Source: an uncultured Bacteroidota bacterium (GTDB lineage Bacteria > CLD3 > SB21 > JBBIRG01). Taken from it: a stretch of 64,000 nucleotides of DNA. The position numbers were made by a program, and so were the translations under genes. The number at the start of each line of letters is the position of its first letter. The first letter of the stretch is position 1. Below the pieces are notes generated by a model. That model saw only the letters and a list, made by a program, of their open reading frames with translations. It was not told where the DNA came from and did not search any database. Below, piece by piece: positions 1 to 9,910 of this stretch. The stretch is taken from assembly GCA_964609675.1 (NCBI GenBank), contig CAZSRX010000008.1, positions 28,618-92,617 on the forward strand. Direction: 5' to 3'.

Positions 1-9
1 GCGGCAGGC

Positions 10-2403
10 ATGATAGCCGTTATCCTTTCGTTGTTAATTACCGCGTTTAATGGTTCTTCTAAAGGCGACCCGTCAAAATATTCCGAAATCAGAATTTTTG
101 TAACGGCCCAGGAACAGGTAAAGAGACTGGCTGAAATGGGTTTTTATTTCAGCGAAGCCAAACGGGAAAAGAACGCGTTGGTTACCGTCGTTAACCAAGA
201 CGAACTGGCGATCATCCGGAAAAGCGGCATTCCTTATGAAATCATCGTTGAGGATGTCGTCGAAGCATTCAACCGCCGGCCGAAGTTGTCGAAAAATGAG
301 TTAAATGCACTGGAGCGGCAAATGAAAGATACGTACGGCATCGAGGGATTCGGTTTCGGCAGTATGGCGGGATTTTACACGTGGCCGGAAATAATTACTA
401 AATTAGATACCATGCATCTGCAGTATCCGAACCTCACCACAGCCAAGCAGTCCATAGGGACTACGATTGAAGGCCGCCCCATCTACGCCATGAAAATATC
501 CGCCAATCCCGAAGTCAATGACCCGACCAAGCCGGAGGCGCTGTACACGGCGATGATTCACGCGCGCGAGCCCCAGGCCATGATGACGGTGATGTATTAT
601 ATGTATTATTTGCTCGAAAATTACGGTGTCGATGATGAAGTCACTTATTTACTGGATCACCGTCAGTTATGGTTTGTGCCGTGCTGTAATCCGGATGGTT
701 ATGAATATAACCGGACGACCAATCCAACGGGCGGGGGTCAATGGCGTAAGAACCGGCGGAATAACGGTGATGGCAGTTACGGTATCGATTTAAACCGGAA
801 TTACGGCACATACAGTTACTGGAATTCTTCCAATGGCGGTTCCAGCACTTCCCCGAGCAGTGATACCTATCGCGGCGTCTCACCGTTTTCCGAACCCGAG
901 AACCAGGCTATACGTGATTTCTGCAATGCACGTCAGTTTAAAACGGCTTTGAATTACCATACTTACAGCAATCTGTTGATTTATCCCTGGGCATGGATTG
1001 ATCCCACGCCGACTCCGGATTCGGCTTATTTCAATTACTACTCCAATACGATGGTCCAGTGGAATGGATATGAACCGGGCACGGCAACGACCACCGTCGG
1101 TTACGCCGTTCGGGGAAGTTCCGATGATTGGATGTATAATGACTCTGTCGGCGCGCATCCCAAAATTCTTGCCATGACACCGGAAGTGGGAACAACGGGT
1201 TTCTGGCCGTCACAATCGGAAATATTCCCCCTTGCCGAGGAAAACCTGAAACCGAATTTGTTTTATTCCTTTGTCGCGGGAAAATACGCTAAAGTGAATA
1301 CGGTCGTTACAAGCAAGGCGACTTATGTGCCCGGCGATTCGGGAACGATTAAAATTCCCGTTCAGAATATCGGCGTTATTTCCGATATCAGCATGAATTA
1401 TGATCTCACCACGAATCACACCGGCATCACACTGTACAATACAACAGGAAATCTTTCCCAGACCCAGTTCCGTGAAATTGACACGATTGTCATTCCCTTC
1501 CGGCTGGCGAATGATATCCCTTCCAGTTGCGCGTTCTCCAATCCATTTACCTTGACGCTCGACGGCTCGGTTATTTATCGCACAGCCGTCAGCATTCTGG
1601 TCGGCAGTCCTACCGCGACCGTGTTATCCGACAACGCTGAGACCGAGACCAACAATTGGAGTACAGCCGGTTCCACAAACGGCACCTGGGCAAAAACCGC
1701 GAGCCAGTCGCATTCGCCGTCAAATTCCTTTACCGACAGCCCTTCCGGTCAGTACCTGAACAACGCGAACGCGATGATGACGTTAATCGGTTCTCTGAAT
1801 TGTACAAACATTTCCGGAGCGACTTTTAAGTTTTGGGAACGTTACGATACCGAATCGGGTTATGATTACTGCAATGTTGACATTTCCACTAACGGCGGTT
1901 CATCCTGGATAAGCCTGGCAAGATACAGCGGCACCAACACGACGTGGCATGAGCGCAGTTATGATATATCATCCCTGGTTGCCGGTAAAAATAATGTCAA
2001 GATTCGTTTCAAACTGACCAGCGATGGTTATCTCACTGCCGACGGATGGTACGTGGACGATATTCTCATTACCGGTTATCAGAGCGCGCCGGTTGTCGGA
2101 GTTAATGATAATGAGACTAAACCCGCCGCTTATTCACTGAGTCAGAATTATCCGAATCCTTTCAATCCCTCTACAGTGATCAGTTATCAGTTAGCAGTTA
2201 ACAGTAAAGTGTCGCTGAAGATTTATAACCTGCTCGGACAGGAAGTATGTACGCTGGTTAACGCTCATCAGAAAGCGGGAACCCATTCCGTGTTCTGGGA
2301 CGGCACAAATAATCACGGCCATGCCGTCAGCAGCGGGATTTATTTTTATCGTCTGAAAGCGGGCGCATTTACGCAATCCAGGAAAATGTTACTCGTGAGG
2401 TAG
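10..2403 (+). CDS. Secreted M14 zinc carboxypeptidase (carboxypeptidase T-like) with accessory beta-domains and a C-terminal FlgD-Ig/T9SS-type sorting domain; true start may lie upstream of the window
   Basis: HAREP (HxxE), WRKNRR, GIDLNRNY, NYHTYS and AMTPEVG (catalytic Glu) motifs; C-terminal YSLSQNYPNPFNPST...GIYFYRL...RKMLLVR; bases 1-9 are open in the same frame. Confidence 0.88.
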   Translation: MIAVILSLLITAFNGSSKGDPSKYSEIRIFVTAQEQVKRLAEMGFYFSEAKREKNALVTVVNQDELAIIRKSGIPYEIIVEDVVEAFNRRPKLSKNELNALERQMKDTYGIEGFGFGSMAGFYTWPEIITKLDTMHLQYPNLTTAKQSIGTTIEGRPIYAMKISANPEVNDPTKPEALYTAMIHAREPQAMMTVMYYMYYLLENYGVDDEVTYLLDHRQLWFVPCCNPDGYEYNRTTNPTGGGQWRKNRRNNGDGSYGIDLNRNYGTYSYWNSSNGGSSTSPSSDTYRGVSPFSEPENQAIRDFCNARQFKTALNYHTYSNLLIYPWAWIDPTPTPDSAYFNYYSNTMVQWNGYEPGTATTTVGYAVRGSSDDWMYNDSVGAHPKILAMTPEVGTTGFWPSQSEIFPLAEENLKPNLFYSFVAGKYAKVNTVVTSKATYVPGDSGTIKIPVQNIGVISDISMNYDLTTNHTGITLYNTTGNLSQTQFREIDTIVIPFRLANDIPSSCAFSNPFTLTLDGSVIYRTAVSILVGSPTATVLSDNAETETNNWSTAGSTNGTWAKTASQSHSPSNSFTDSPSGQYLNNANAMMTLIGSLNCTNISGATFKFWERYDTESGYDYCNVDISTNGGSSWISLARYSGTNTTWHERSYDISSLVAGKNNVKIRFKLTSDGYLTADGWYVDDILITGYQSAPVVGVNDNETKPAAYSLSQNYPNPFNPSTVISYQLAVNSKVSLKIYNLLGQEVCTLVNAHQKAGTHSVFWDGTNNHGHAVSSGIYFYRLKAGAFTQSRKMLLVR

Positions 2404-2407
2404 AACG

Positions 2408-3601
2408 ATGAAAAAAATCGGCGTTCTGATTCTGGTCGCGGTATGTAACGCCGCCGCCGTTTATTCGCAGGGAATGCTCATTAATCACGCATGCGCGGAT
2501 TTAACAGCTGTTCCGGCCGCGTGGATTGATTCCGCCAAGACAAAACTCAAAGTCACGTATCAGCACACTTCGCACGGCAGTCAGTTAATCAGCGGGATTA
2601 ACGCCATCGCAACCACACATGGAGGCGTCTATAACTTTACCAGTTCCGGCTGGGGCATCGATTCGACCGTATTCCTGAATGATTACGGCATGCCCGGCGC
2701 AAATGATCTGGGCCATAACGGCGATCTGGCATGGCGCGACGCCACGATCAGCGCGCTGAACGACCCGGAATGCAACCGCAACGTGGTGATGTGGTCCTGG
2801 TGCGGCGGCGTCAGCGACAACGACTCGGCGGGCATCTATACGTATCTTAACGCAATGTCCACGCTGGAAGACAGCTTTCCCGGCGTTAAATTTATTTATA
2901 TGACTGGCCATCTTGACGGAAGCGGCGTAACCGGAAACCTGAACCGAATGAACAACCTGATTCGAAATTATTGCGCCGCCAACAATAAAATTTTATTTGA
3001 TTTTGCCGATATTGAAAGCTACGCGCCGGGTCAACCGCAGAATTACATGGAATGGTGCGGACTGGACGGACTGAATTACGACTCGACCTGCAATAACCCG
3101 TGGAGCGGGCCTAACTGGGGCGAGCAGTGGGTCGCCCAGCATCCGTCGCATCCATACGTCGCGGACATCGCCGCCTGCACCGAATGCGCTCACAGCGACG
3201 CGCCGAATCAGGCTAAACTGAATTGCATTTTAAAAGGCAACGCCTTCTGGCATCTCATGGCGCGCCTGGCCGGGTGGAATCCTTCGACCACCGATATCCA
3301 TGATGAAACAACCCGCCTCCCTGAATATGTTTCGCTTTCGCAGAATTTTCCCAATCCGTTCAATCCCTCTACCGTCATCGGCTACCAGTTAGCGGTTAGC
3401 GGTAAAGTATCGCTGAAGATATATAATCTGCAGGGACAGGTAGTGTGTACGCTGGTCGAAGCTACCCAAAACGCGGGTTATCATTCTGTGAACTGGGACG
3501 GCAGGAATGAGGACGGCCGCGCGGTCAGCAGTGGCATCTATATTTACCGGCTGAAAGCGGGCGCCTTTACCCAATCCAGGAAAATGACGCTTTTACGTTA
3601 A
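2408..3601 (+). CDS. Uncharacterised secreted protein (HTSHGSQ / WSWCG / FDFADIES motifs, possibly an alpha/beta hydrolase-like fold) with C-terminal T9SS-type sorting domain
   Basis: Signal peptide ending AVYS-Q; C-terminal SLSQNFPNPFNPST...RKMTLLR; 4 nt after the upstream stop. Confidence 0.7.
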   Translation: MKKIGVLILVAVCNAAAVYSQGMLINHACADLTAVPAAWIDSAKTKLKVTYQHTSHGSQLISGINAIATTHGGVYNFTSSGWGIDSTVFLNDYGMPGANDLGHNGDLAWRDATISALNDPECNRNVVMWSWCGGVSDNDSAGIYTYLNAMSTLEDSFPGVKFIYMTGHLDGSGVTGNLNRMNNLIRNYCAANNKILFDFADIESYAPGQPQNYMEWCGLDGLNYDSTCNNPWSGPNWGEQWVAQHPSHPYVADIAACTECAHSDAPNQAKLNCILKGNAFWHLMARLAGWNPSTTDIHDETTRLPEYVSLSQNFPNPFNPSTVIGYQLAVSGKVSLKIYNLQGQVVCTLVEATQNAGYHSVNWDGRNEDGRAVSSGIYIYRLKAGAFTQSRKMTLLR

Positions 3602-3894
3602 CGGCGCGTCCATACGCCGCTTGCGTCACGCCTAACCTTTTACGTTCGGCAAAAAATGTAAATACGAACTTGAAGGACACGCGCGAAAAGCTGACGCGCG
3701 TATCGCGCAAGATAAAAGAAAAATCGTATCCATCATTATAAGAGCCGGTAGGTCATACGAAGGATGCGATAGACCCGAGTGGGTATAGGATTCTATTTTG
3801 AGTAAGCCAGTGAAGAACGCATCGCGCGCGGCGAATGTTAATGTTGGCCTCAAAATACCGCTAATCGCGCCTATCGATTTTTTTCAAAAATTCC

Positions 3895-3923
3895 TTGTGC
3901 TTATCGATACTTTTGTATATTAT
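3895..3923 (+). promoter_or_regulatory. Putative sigma70-type promoter of typA-ffh
   Basis: TTGTGC (3895-3900) - 17 nt - TATTAT (3918-3923), ~40 nt before the ATG. Confidence 0.5.
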
Positions 3924-3964
3924 CCCCCGCTTGATTAAAAAACGTATCAAAAATACAGAATGGC

Positions 3965-5845
3965 ATGACGGATACCGCTGAAATAACCAAAACCATTACC
4001 CGGGATGATATCCGCAACATCGCGATCATCGCGCATGTGGATCACGGTAAGACCACGCTGGTGGACCGTATGCTCCAGCAGAGCGGCACGGAACGGGAAA
4101 GTCTGAAAATCACGGAGCGGGTGATGGATTCCAACGACCTCGAACGCGAGCGCGGTATCACGATTCTCGCCAAGAATACCTCCGTGCATTACAAAGGCGT
4201 CAAGATTAATATCGTGGATACGCCGGGCCACGCAGACTTCGGCGGCGAGGTGGAACGCATCCTGAAAATGGTGGACGGCGTACTGCTGCTGGTGGACGCG
4301 TTCGACGGCCCGATGCCTCAAACCAAGTTCGTCCTGCGCAAATCGCTGGCCTTAAACCTGACGCCGATCGTTGTCATCAATAAAATCGACCGTCCCGACG
4401 CGCGCCCGCATCAGGTGCTCGACGAGGTGTTCAGCTTATTCCTCGAACTCGGCGCGAATGACGAGCAATTGGACTTTGCGACCGTTTACGCTTCGGCCAA
4501 GCATGGGGTGGCGATGCGCGAAATCGACGACGACAGCGCAACATTACAGCCTCTGTTTGAGACGATCATCGAGCGCGTGCCGAAACCCCTCGGCGACCGG
4601 TTCTCCCCCTTTCAGCTGCTGGTGGCGAATATCGATTACTCCGATTTCCTCGGGCGCATCGCTATCGGACGCATCACGCGCGGCGCGGTGGGCGTCAATC
4701 AGCCGGTCACCGTGATTAAAAAAGACGGCGCGACTTATAACAGCAAAGTCGTCAAACTGTACCGTTTTGAACGGTTGCAGCGCCAGGAAACCGAACACGC
4801 CTACGCCGGCGAGATTGTCGCCATCGCGGGCATCGAAGAAATCGAAATCGGCGAAACCATCAGCGACCCGAATCATCCCGAACCGCTCGATCCGATTCAT
4901 GTGGACGAACCGACAATCAGCATGAATTTCATCGTCAACAACTCGCCGTTTGCCGGGCAGGAAGGCAAATTCGTCACCTCCCGTCATCTGCGCGAGCGCC
5001 TCTACAAAGAAACGCTTTCCAATCTCGCCCTGCGCGTCGAAGACACCGACAGCATGGACACGCTCAAGGTTTCCGGACGCGGCGAATTGCATCTGTGCAT
5101 ACTCATCGAGACCATGCGCCGCGAGGGCTATGAATTCCAGGTGTCGCGACCCGAAGTGATCATGAAGAAAGTGGACGGCCAGTGGCATGAACCCGTCGAA
5201 CACCTGATGATCGACGTCCCTGAGGATTATATGGGCGTGGTCATTGAGAAACTCGGCAAGCGTAAGGCGGAAATGAAAAATCTGGTTCATCTGGAGCATC
5301 ATCAGGTGCGCATGGAATTTCTCATTCCAGCGCGCGGGCTCATTGGGTACCGCAGTGAATTCCTCACCGACACCCGCGGCACCGGTGTGATGCATCACGT
5401 GTTTTACGATTACGCGCCGTTTAAAGGCGAACTGCCCGGGCGCACAACCGGCGTCATGATCTCCATGGAAGCCACCGAGACCGTCGCCTACGCCATGTGG
5501 AACCTGCAGGAACGCGGACGGTTGATCGTTCCGCCTCAGGTTAAAGTTTACGAAGGCATGATTGTCGGCGAACATTCGCGGGAGAATGATATCGTGGTCA
5601 ACGTCGGCAAGGGCAAGAAACTTACCAACATGCGCGCTTCCGGTTCCGACGAAGCCGTGCGGCTGGATCCGATTCGGCCCATGAGTCTCGAGGAATACAT
5701 CGGCTTCATCAACGACGATGAACTGGTGGAAATCACGCCGCTCAGCCTGCGTCTCCGGAAAAAAATACTTAAAGAACCCGATCGCCGGAAAGCAGAACGT
5801 AAAATCCGCAATCTTGCCCAGCAGGAAAACACCAATCAGGAATAA
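3965..5845 (+). CDS. typA: Translational GTPase TypA/BipA
   Basis: [53 protein letters not shown]-terminal [13 protein letters not shown] and ELVEITP. Confidence 0.97.
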   Translation: MTDTAEITKTITRDDIRNIAIIAHVDHGKTTLVDRMLQQSGTERESLKITERVMDSNDLERERGITILAKNTSVHYKGVKINIVDTPGHADFGGEVERILKMVDGVLLLVDAFDGPMPQTKFVLRKSLALNLTPIVVINKIDRPDARPHQVLDEVFSLFLELGANDEQLDFATVYASAKHGVAMREIDDDSATLQPLFETIIERVPKPLGDRFSPFQLLVANIDYSDFLGRIAIGRITRGAVGVNQPVTVIKKDGATYNSKVVKLYRFERLQRQETEHAYAGEIVAIAGIEEIEIGETISDPNHPEPLDPIHVDEPTISMNFIVNNSPFAGQEGKFVTSRHLRERLYKETLSNLALRVEDTDSMDTLKVSGRGELHLCILIETMRREGYEFQVSRPEVIMKKVDGQWHEPVEHLMIDVPEDYMGVVIEKLGKRKAEMKNLVHLEHHQVRMEFLIPARGLIGYRSEFLTDTRGTGVMHHVFYDYAPFKGELPGRTTGVMISMEATETVAYAMWNLQERGRLIVPPQVKVYEGMIVGEHSRENDIVVNVGKGKKLTNMRASGSDEAVRLDPIRPMSLEEYIGFINDDELVEITPLSLRLRKKILKEPDRRKAERKIRNLAQQENTNQE

Positions 5846-5859
5846 TTCAAGTATCCATC

Positions 5860-7197
5860 ATGTTTAACGACCTGACCAGTAAACTCGAAAACGTATTCCG
5901 CAAACTCAGCGGCCGCGCGGTCCTCAGCGAAAAGAACATTCAGGATGCCTTGCAGGAAATCCGGATAGCTCTGCTGGAAGCCGACGTCAATTACAAGGTC
6001 GTCAAAGCCTTCATAGACAAAGCCACGGAGAAAGCGCTCGGCCAGGACGTGCTGAAGAGCGTGAGCCCCACGCAGCAGATGGTCAAAGTCGTGTACGACG
6101 AACTGGTGGATACTCTCGGCGGCCAGAACGCCCCGCTGCGTTTCGGCGGCCTGCCGCCCAGCGTGATTATGGTTGTCGGCCTTCAGGGCTCCGGCAAGAC
6201 CACGTTTTGCGGCAAGCTCGCGCGGTATCTCATTAAAAAAGGCAAACGTCCCCTGCTCGTCGCCGCCGACGTCTATCGTCCGGCCGCAGCCGAACAACTA
6301 AAAATTCTTGGCGAGTCGCTGGAACTGCGGACGTTCACGCCGGAACAGGCTCAAAGCAACGATCCGGTTGCTATCTGTTTCGAGTCCATTACTTTTGCGC
6401 GTCAGCACAGCTGCGACGTGGCGATTCTGGACACCGCCGGACGCCTCCACATTGACGAAACCCTGATGCAGGAAATCCGCCGAATCAAGGAACGGACCAA
6501 ACCGAACGAAATTCTGTTTGTCGCGGACGGCATGACCGGCCAGGATGCCGTGAATACCGCCAAAGTCTTCGCGGATCAAATGGATTTTGACGGCGTGGTG
6601 CTCACCAAATTAGACGGCGACGCGCGCGGCGGCGCAGCGCTTTCCATCCGCAGCGTTACCGGCAAGCCGATCAAGTTCATCGGCACCGGCGAAAAACTCG
6701 ATGCCCTTGAGGAATTCCATCCCGATCGTATGGCCTCCCGCATTCTTGGCATGGGCGATATTGTCTCACTCGTCGAGAAAGCTCAGGAAACCATCGACAT
6801 GGAAAAAGCCCGAGCCCTCGAGGAAAAATTCCTTAAAAACGAATTCAACTTAGAGGACTTTGCCGAACAACTTAAACAAATCAAAAAGCTCGGTTCCCTG
6901 GAGAGCATTCTGGGGATGATTCCCGGCATCGGCAGTAAAATCCGTAACCTGAATATTGACGATAAAACCCTTCTGCATATGCAGGCCATAGTATCGTCCA
7001 TGACGCCGCAGGAACGCCATCGGCCTCAAATCATTGACGGACGCCGAAGACTGCGTATCGCCCGGGGCAGCGGCACCTCCGTCCAGGAAGTCAACCGCCT
7101 GCTCAAGCAGTTCTCCGACATGCAGAAAATGATGAAAAAGATGGGAAAACTGAATCCGGCCGAGATTATGCGGATGATGCAATCCGGTATGCGGTAA
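5860..7197 (+). CDS. ffh: Signal recognition particle protein Ffh
   Basis: GLQGSGKTT, DVYRPAA, DTAGRLH, TKLDGDARGGAALS, Met-rich M domain with RRLRIARGSG. Confidence 0.97.
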   Translation: MFNDLTSKLENVFRKLSGRAVLSEKNIQDALQEIRIALLEADVNYKVVKAFIDKATEKALGQDVLKSVSPTQQMVKVVYDELVDTLGGQNAPLRFGGLPPSVIMVVGLQGSGKTTFCGKLARYLIKKGKRPLLVAADVYRPAAAEQLKILGESLELRTFTPEQAQSNDPVAICFESITFARQHSCDVAILDTAGRLHIDETLMQEIRRIKERTKPNEILFVADGMTGQDAVNTAKVFADQMDFDGVVLTKLDGDARGGAALSIRSVTGKPIKFIGTGEKLDALEEFHPDRMASRILGMGDIVSLVEKAQETIDMEKARALEEKFLKNEFNLEDFAEQLKQIKKLGSLESILGMIPGIGSKIRNLNIDDKTLLHMQAIVSSMTPQERHRPQIIDGRRRLRIARGSGTSVQEVNRLLKQFSDMQKMMKKMGKLNPAEIMRMMQSGMR

Positions 7198-7216
7198 AAA
7201 GCCTTGTAAAAAAAAA

Positions 7217-7245
7217 TTGATTATAAGTAAAATTTTAAATAAATT
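7217..7245 (+). promoter_or_regulatory. Putative sigma70-type promoter of the rpsP operon
   Basis: TTGATT - 17 nt - TAAATT in an AT-rich intergenic region. Confidence 0.55.
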
Positions 7246-7293
7246 TATTATTAATAAAATACTATAAACCAATTAAACGGGAGGTATTTGAAC

Positions 7294-7701
7294 TTGGTTA
7301 AACTCAGAATGCAAAGGGCTGGAAAGACGAATCGGCCGTTTTACAAAATAGTGGCGGCCCACAGCACCCGGAAACGGGACGGCGATTTTATAGAAAAAAT
7401 CGGTACGTATAACACACTCACCGTGCCGGCCACTGTGGTTGTTGACGAAACCAAAGCGCTGAAATGGCTGCAGAAAGGCGCCCAGCCTACGGAAACTGTC
7501 CGCAGCATACTCCGTAAACTCGGCGTGCTCCACCGCGCCCGCCTGATTGCGCGCAAGCTGTCGCCCGAGCAGATTCAGACTGAAATGGATAACTGGAAAA
7601 TGAAGCAGGCGGCCAAAGCGGAAGCCAAACGCGTTAAGAAAACCAAGGCCATCAAGAAGAAAACCGAAAAACCGGCTGATGCCGCACCGGCGGAGGCTTG
7701 A
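7294..7701 (+). CDS. rpsP: 30S ribosomal protein S16 with Lys/Ala-rich C-terminal extension (TTG start; alternative TTG at 7288)
   Basis: VKLRMQRAGKTNRPFYKIVAAHSTRKRDGDFIEKIGTYN...WLQKGAQPTETV; GGAGG at 7280-7284 spaced 9 nt from TTG 7294. Confidence 0.95.
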   Translation: MVKLRMQRAGKTNRPFYKIVAAHSTRKRDGDFIEKIGTYNTLTVPATVVVDETKALKWLQKGAQPTETVRSILRKLGVLHRARLIARKLSPEQIQTEMDNWKMKQAAKAEAKRVKKTKAIKKKTEKPADAAPAEA

Positions 7702-7768
7702 TTATTTACCTATGGCGATGAACCTTAACGGAACCTGAACATCTAACCCAAACGCGGGAGGAATGGCG

Positions 7769-7999
7769 ATGCAGAACTTCATCGAATTCATCGTGAAACA
7801 TCTGGTTGATAAACCCGAAGAAGTGACCGTAAAGGAAGTAGAGGGCGAACGGGTTACGGTTTACGAACTGAGGGTCGGTCACGGCGATCTCGGCAAGGTC
7901 ATCGGACGGCGCGGACAAAACGCTAAAGCTCTCCGAACGCTGCTTTCAGCCGCGGCTGCGCGCTCGGGAAAACGGAGCGTCCTTGAAATCCTGGAATAA
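7769..7999 (+). CDS. khpA: KH-domain RNA-binding protein KhpA (YlqC/UPF0109); alternative start 7763
   Basis: IVKHLVDKPEEV, GDLGKVIGRRGQNAKALRTLL (GxxG KH loop); canonical position after rpsP. Confidence 0.92.
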   Translation: MQNFIEFIVKHLVDKPEEVTVKEVEGERVTVYELRVGHGDLGKVIGRRGQNAKALRTLLSAAAARSGKRSVLEILE

Positions 8000-8091
8000 C
8001 TTTCCGGAGCGGCGGGCCTTGCGACATTCGCTCGCCCAACCGCTGATAGCCTTTTCAAACCTGTCGGGCCGACGGTATAGGAAATGGTAAC

Positions 8092-8616
8092 GTGACATTA
8101 TACCGTATCGCCAAAATCCTGAAGAGTCACGGCGTCCGGGGTGAACTGAAAATACTGCCTCTGACGCCTTATTTATCGGCTATCGATACCGAAGCCGAGT
8201 TTTATCTGGAATGCGGAAACCGGACAACCAGGCCCGTCCGCATCCGCAACCTGAACCAGCAGGCCACAATGACTCTTTTAGAGTTATCCGGAGTGGAAAG
8301 CCGCGAAGAAGCCGACGCGCTCAAAGACTGCTATCTGTGCGCGTATAAAGAGCAACTGCCGGCATTATCGGCGGATGAATATTATGTGTACGAACTGGTT
8401 GGTTGCCGGGTCACGGATACCTCCGGTCAATTACTGGGTACCGCGGCCGAAATACAATCCGGCACGGCGCAGGACCTGATGGTTGTCACCACGCCGGAAA
8501 ATAAAACATTTTCAGTGCCTCTGGTCAGGGCCTTTATAAAAAAAATCGACATGGAAAAAAAAATGATTATCATTGAACCCATACCCGGATTGCTGAGCGA
8601 ACCGGAAACGGCATAA
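8092..8616 (+). CDS. rimM: 16S rRNA processing / ribosome maturation factor RimM
   Basis: IAKILKSHGVRGELKI, SREEADALK, EYYVYELVGCRV, QDLMVV, VPLVRAFIKKID; position between khpA and trmD. Confidence 0.93.
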   Translation: MTLYRIAKILKSHGVRGELKILPLTPYLSAIDTEAEFYLECGNRTTRPVRIRNLNQQATMTLLELSGVESREEADALKDCYLCAYKEQLPALSADEYYVYELVGCRVTDTSGQLLGTAAEIQSGTAQDLMVVTTPENKTFSVPLVRAFIKKIDMEKKMIIIEPIPGLLSEPETA

Positions 8617-8634
8617 ACCAATTCTTGCGTGCGT

Positions 8635-9351
8635 ATGAAAATTGATGTCATCACCGCTTTCCCTAAACTGATCACGGACATAGCCCGCTACAGCATGCTT
8701 GCCCGGGCGATTCGTCAGGACCTGGTGCGCTTAGACGCTCATGACCTGCGCGATTATACGGAAGACAGGCACCGGACAATCGATGACACGCCCTACGGCG
8801 GCGGCGGGGGCATGATTCTGAAGCCGGAACCGGTGTTTCTTTGCGTGGAGCATCTTTTTGAACTGCCGCCGCTTCAGGCGCACGACCACATCCGTCCGCA
8901 CCTGCCGCCGGACACCGAAGTGCTGCTGATGACCCCTAAAGGCGAAACGTTTTCACAGAAACTCGCAACCGAACTGTCGCTAAAACAGCGGCTGGTTTTC
9001 GTCTGCGGTCATTATAAGGGCATCGACGAACGCGTGGCCGAAAAATTAATTACCCGTTTTGTCTCCATCGGCGATTTCGTAAGCACCGGCGGCGAACTGC
9101 CCGCTATGCTCATGATTGACGCCATCGTACGGCTGATTCCCGGCGTTCTGCACGACTCCGAATCCGCCCTTACGGACTCCTTTCAGGATGACCGGCTGGA
9201 TTGCGCCTATTATACCCGTCCTGAAAATTTTCGTGGCATGTTTGTCCCAAATGTATTATTATCCGGCAACCATCAGGAAATCAAAACCTGGCGGGAAGAA
9301 CAGAAATGGCAATTAACCCGAAAGTACCGGCCGGATATTATACCGGCTTAA
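8635..9351 (+). CDS. trmD: tRNA (guanine37-N1)-methyltransferase TrmD
   Basis: DDTPYGGGGGMILKPEP, CGHYKGIDER (FCB-type), SIGDFVSTGGE, YTRPENFRG, VLLSGNH. Confidence 0.96.
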   Translation: MKIDVITAFPKLITDIARYSMLARAIRQDLVRLDAHDLRDYTEDRHRTIDDTPYGGGGGMILKPEPVFLCVEHLFELPPLQAHDHIRPHLPPDTEVLLMTPKGETFSQKLATELSLKQRLVFVCGHYKGIDERVAEKLITRFVSIGDFVSTGGELPAMLMIDAIVRLIPGVLHDSESALTDSFQDDRLDCAYYTRPENFRGMFVPNVLLSGNHQEIKTWREEQKWQLTRKYRPDIIPA

Positions 9352-9395
9352 ACCAACGGCTATGTTAAAATAATTACCATAAGGAGATACGATCT

Positions 9396-9779
9396 ATGAA
9401 CAAGGTTGATGTGCTTACCGCTTACCAGCTGCGCAACGACATTCCGGATTTCAGTTACGGCGACACGATTGCCGTTCAAATCAAAGTCATCGAGGGCGAC
9501 AAGGAACGCCTGCAGACGTTCGAGGGCATTGTGATTCAGAAACGCGGCAGCGGTATCCAGGAAACTTTCACCGTACGCAAGATTTCCAACGGGGTGGGCG
9601 TGGAACGCGTGTTTTTAAAACATTCCCCCCGCATTGCCTCGGTTAAAATCATCAAGAAAGGCCGCGTACGCCGGGCGAAACTCTATTACCTCCGCGGCCG
9701 CAAGGGCAAACACGCCCGCGTATCGGAACTGGTTATACCGGTCACGGAAACTCCCGCGCCGGAAGTCGCCGAAAAATAA
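9396..9779 (+). CDS. rplS: 50S ribosomal protein L19
   Basis: [42 protein letters not shown]; AAGGAG RBS. Confidence 0.97.
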   Translation: MNKVDVLTAYQLRNDIPDFSYGDTIAVQIKVIEGDKERLQTFEGIVIQKRGSGIQETFTVRKISNGVGVERVFLKHSPRIASVKIIKKGRVRRAKLYYLRGRKGKHARVSELVIPVTETPAPEVAEK

Positions 9780-9803
9780 CCGCATTTATCTGCGAATGGA
9801 AAC

Positions 9804-9834
9804 AAGGGTATGTTTAGTCATACCCTTTTTTTTT
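9804..9834 (+). terminator. Rho-independent terminator of the rpsP-rplS operon
   Basis: AAGGGTATG-tttagt-CATACCCTT followed by a T run. Confidence 0.85.
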
Positions 9835-9910
9835 CGCAACCGTTTTGGCGGCGGGCACGGCAACACTTGTTCCGGCTCTCATTGACCTATTATCAAAAGG
9901 CGAATCAAGC

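Noticed and set aside
3745-3775. SRP RNA (ffs)-like string AGGTC...CGAAGGATGC near ffh
   Set aside because: It lacks the UCC-GNRA-GGA hairpin and the AGCAG internal loop of SRP domain IV; resemblance only.
3735-3790. Possible SAM-I, c-di-GMP or c-di-AMP riboswitch upstream of typA
   Set aside because: Only short fragments resemble the consensus, core motifs are missing, and the element lies upstream of the predicted typA promoter.
3632-3853. 73-aa minus-strand ORF in the large intergenic region
   Set aside because: No RBS or motif, and the composition is unlike the real genes; not supported as a CDS.
3931-3950. TTGAT-N10-ATCAA palindrome before typA as an FNR box
   Set aside because: FNR boxes need a 4-nt spacer; 10 nt does not fit.
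8084-8095. Mini-ORF ATG GTA ACG TGA overlapping the rimM GTG
   Set aside because: The AGGA RBS is spaced for the GTG, not this ATG; probably incidental.
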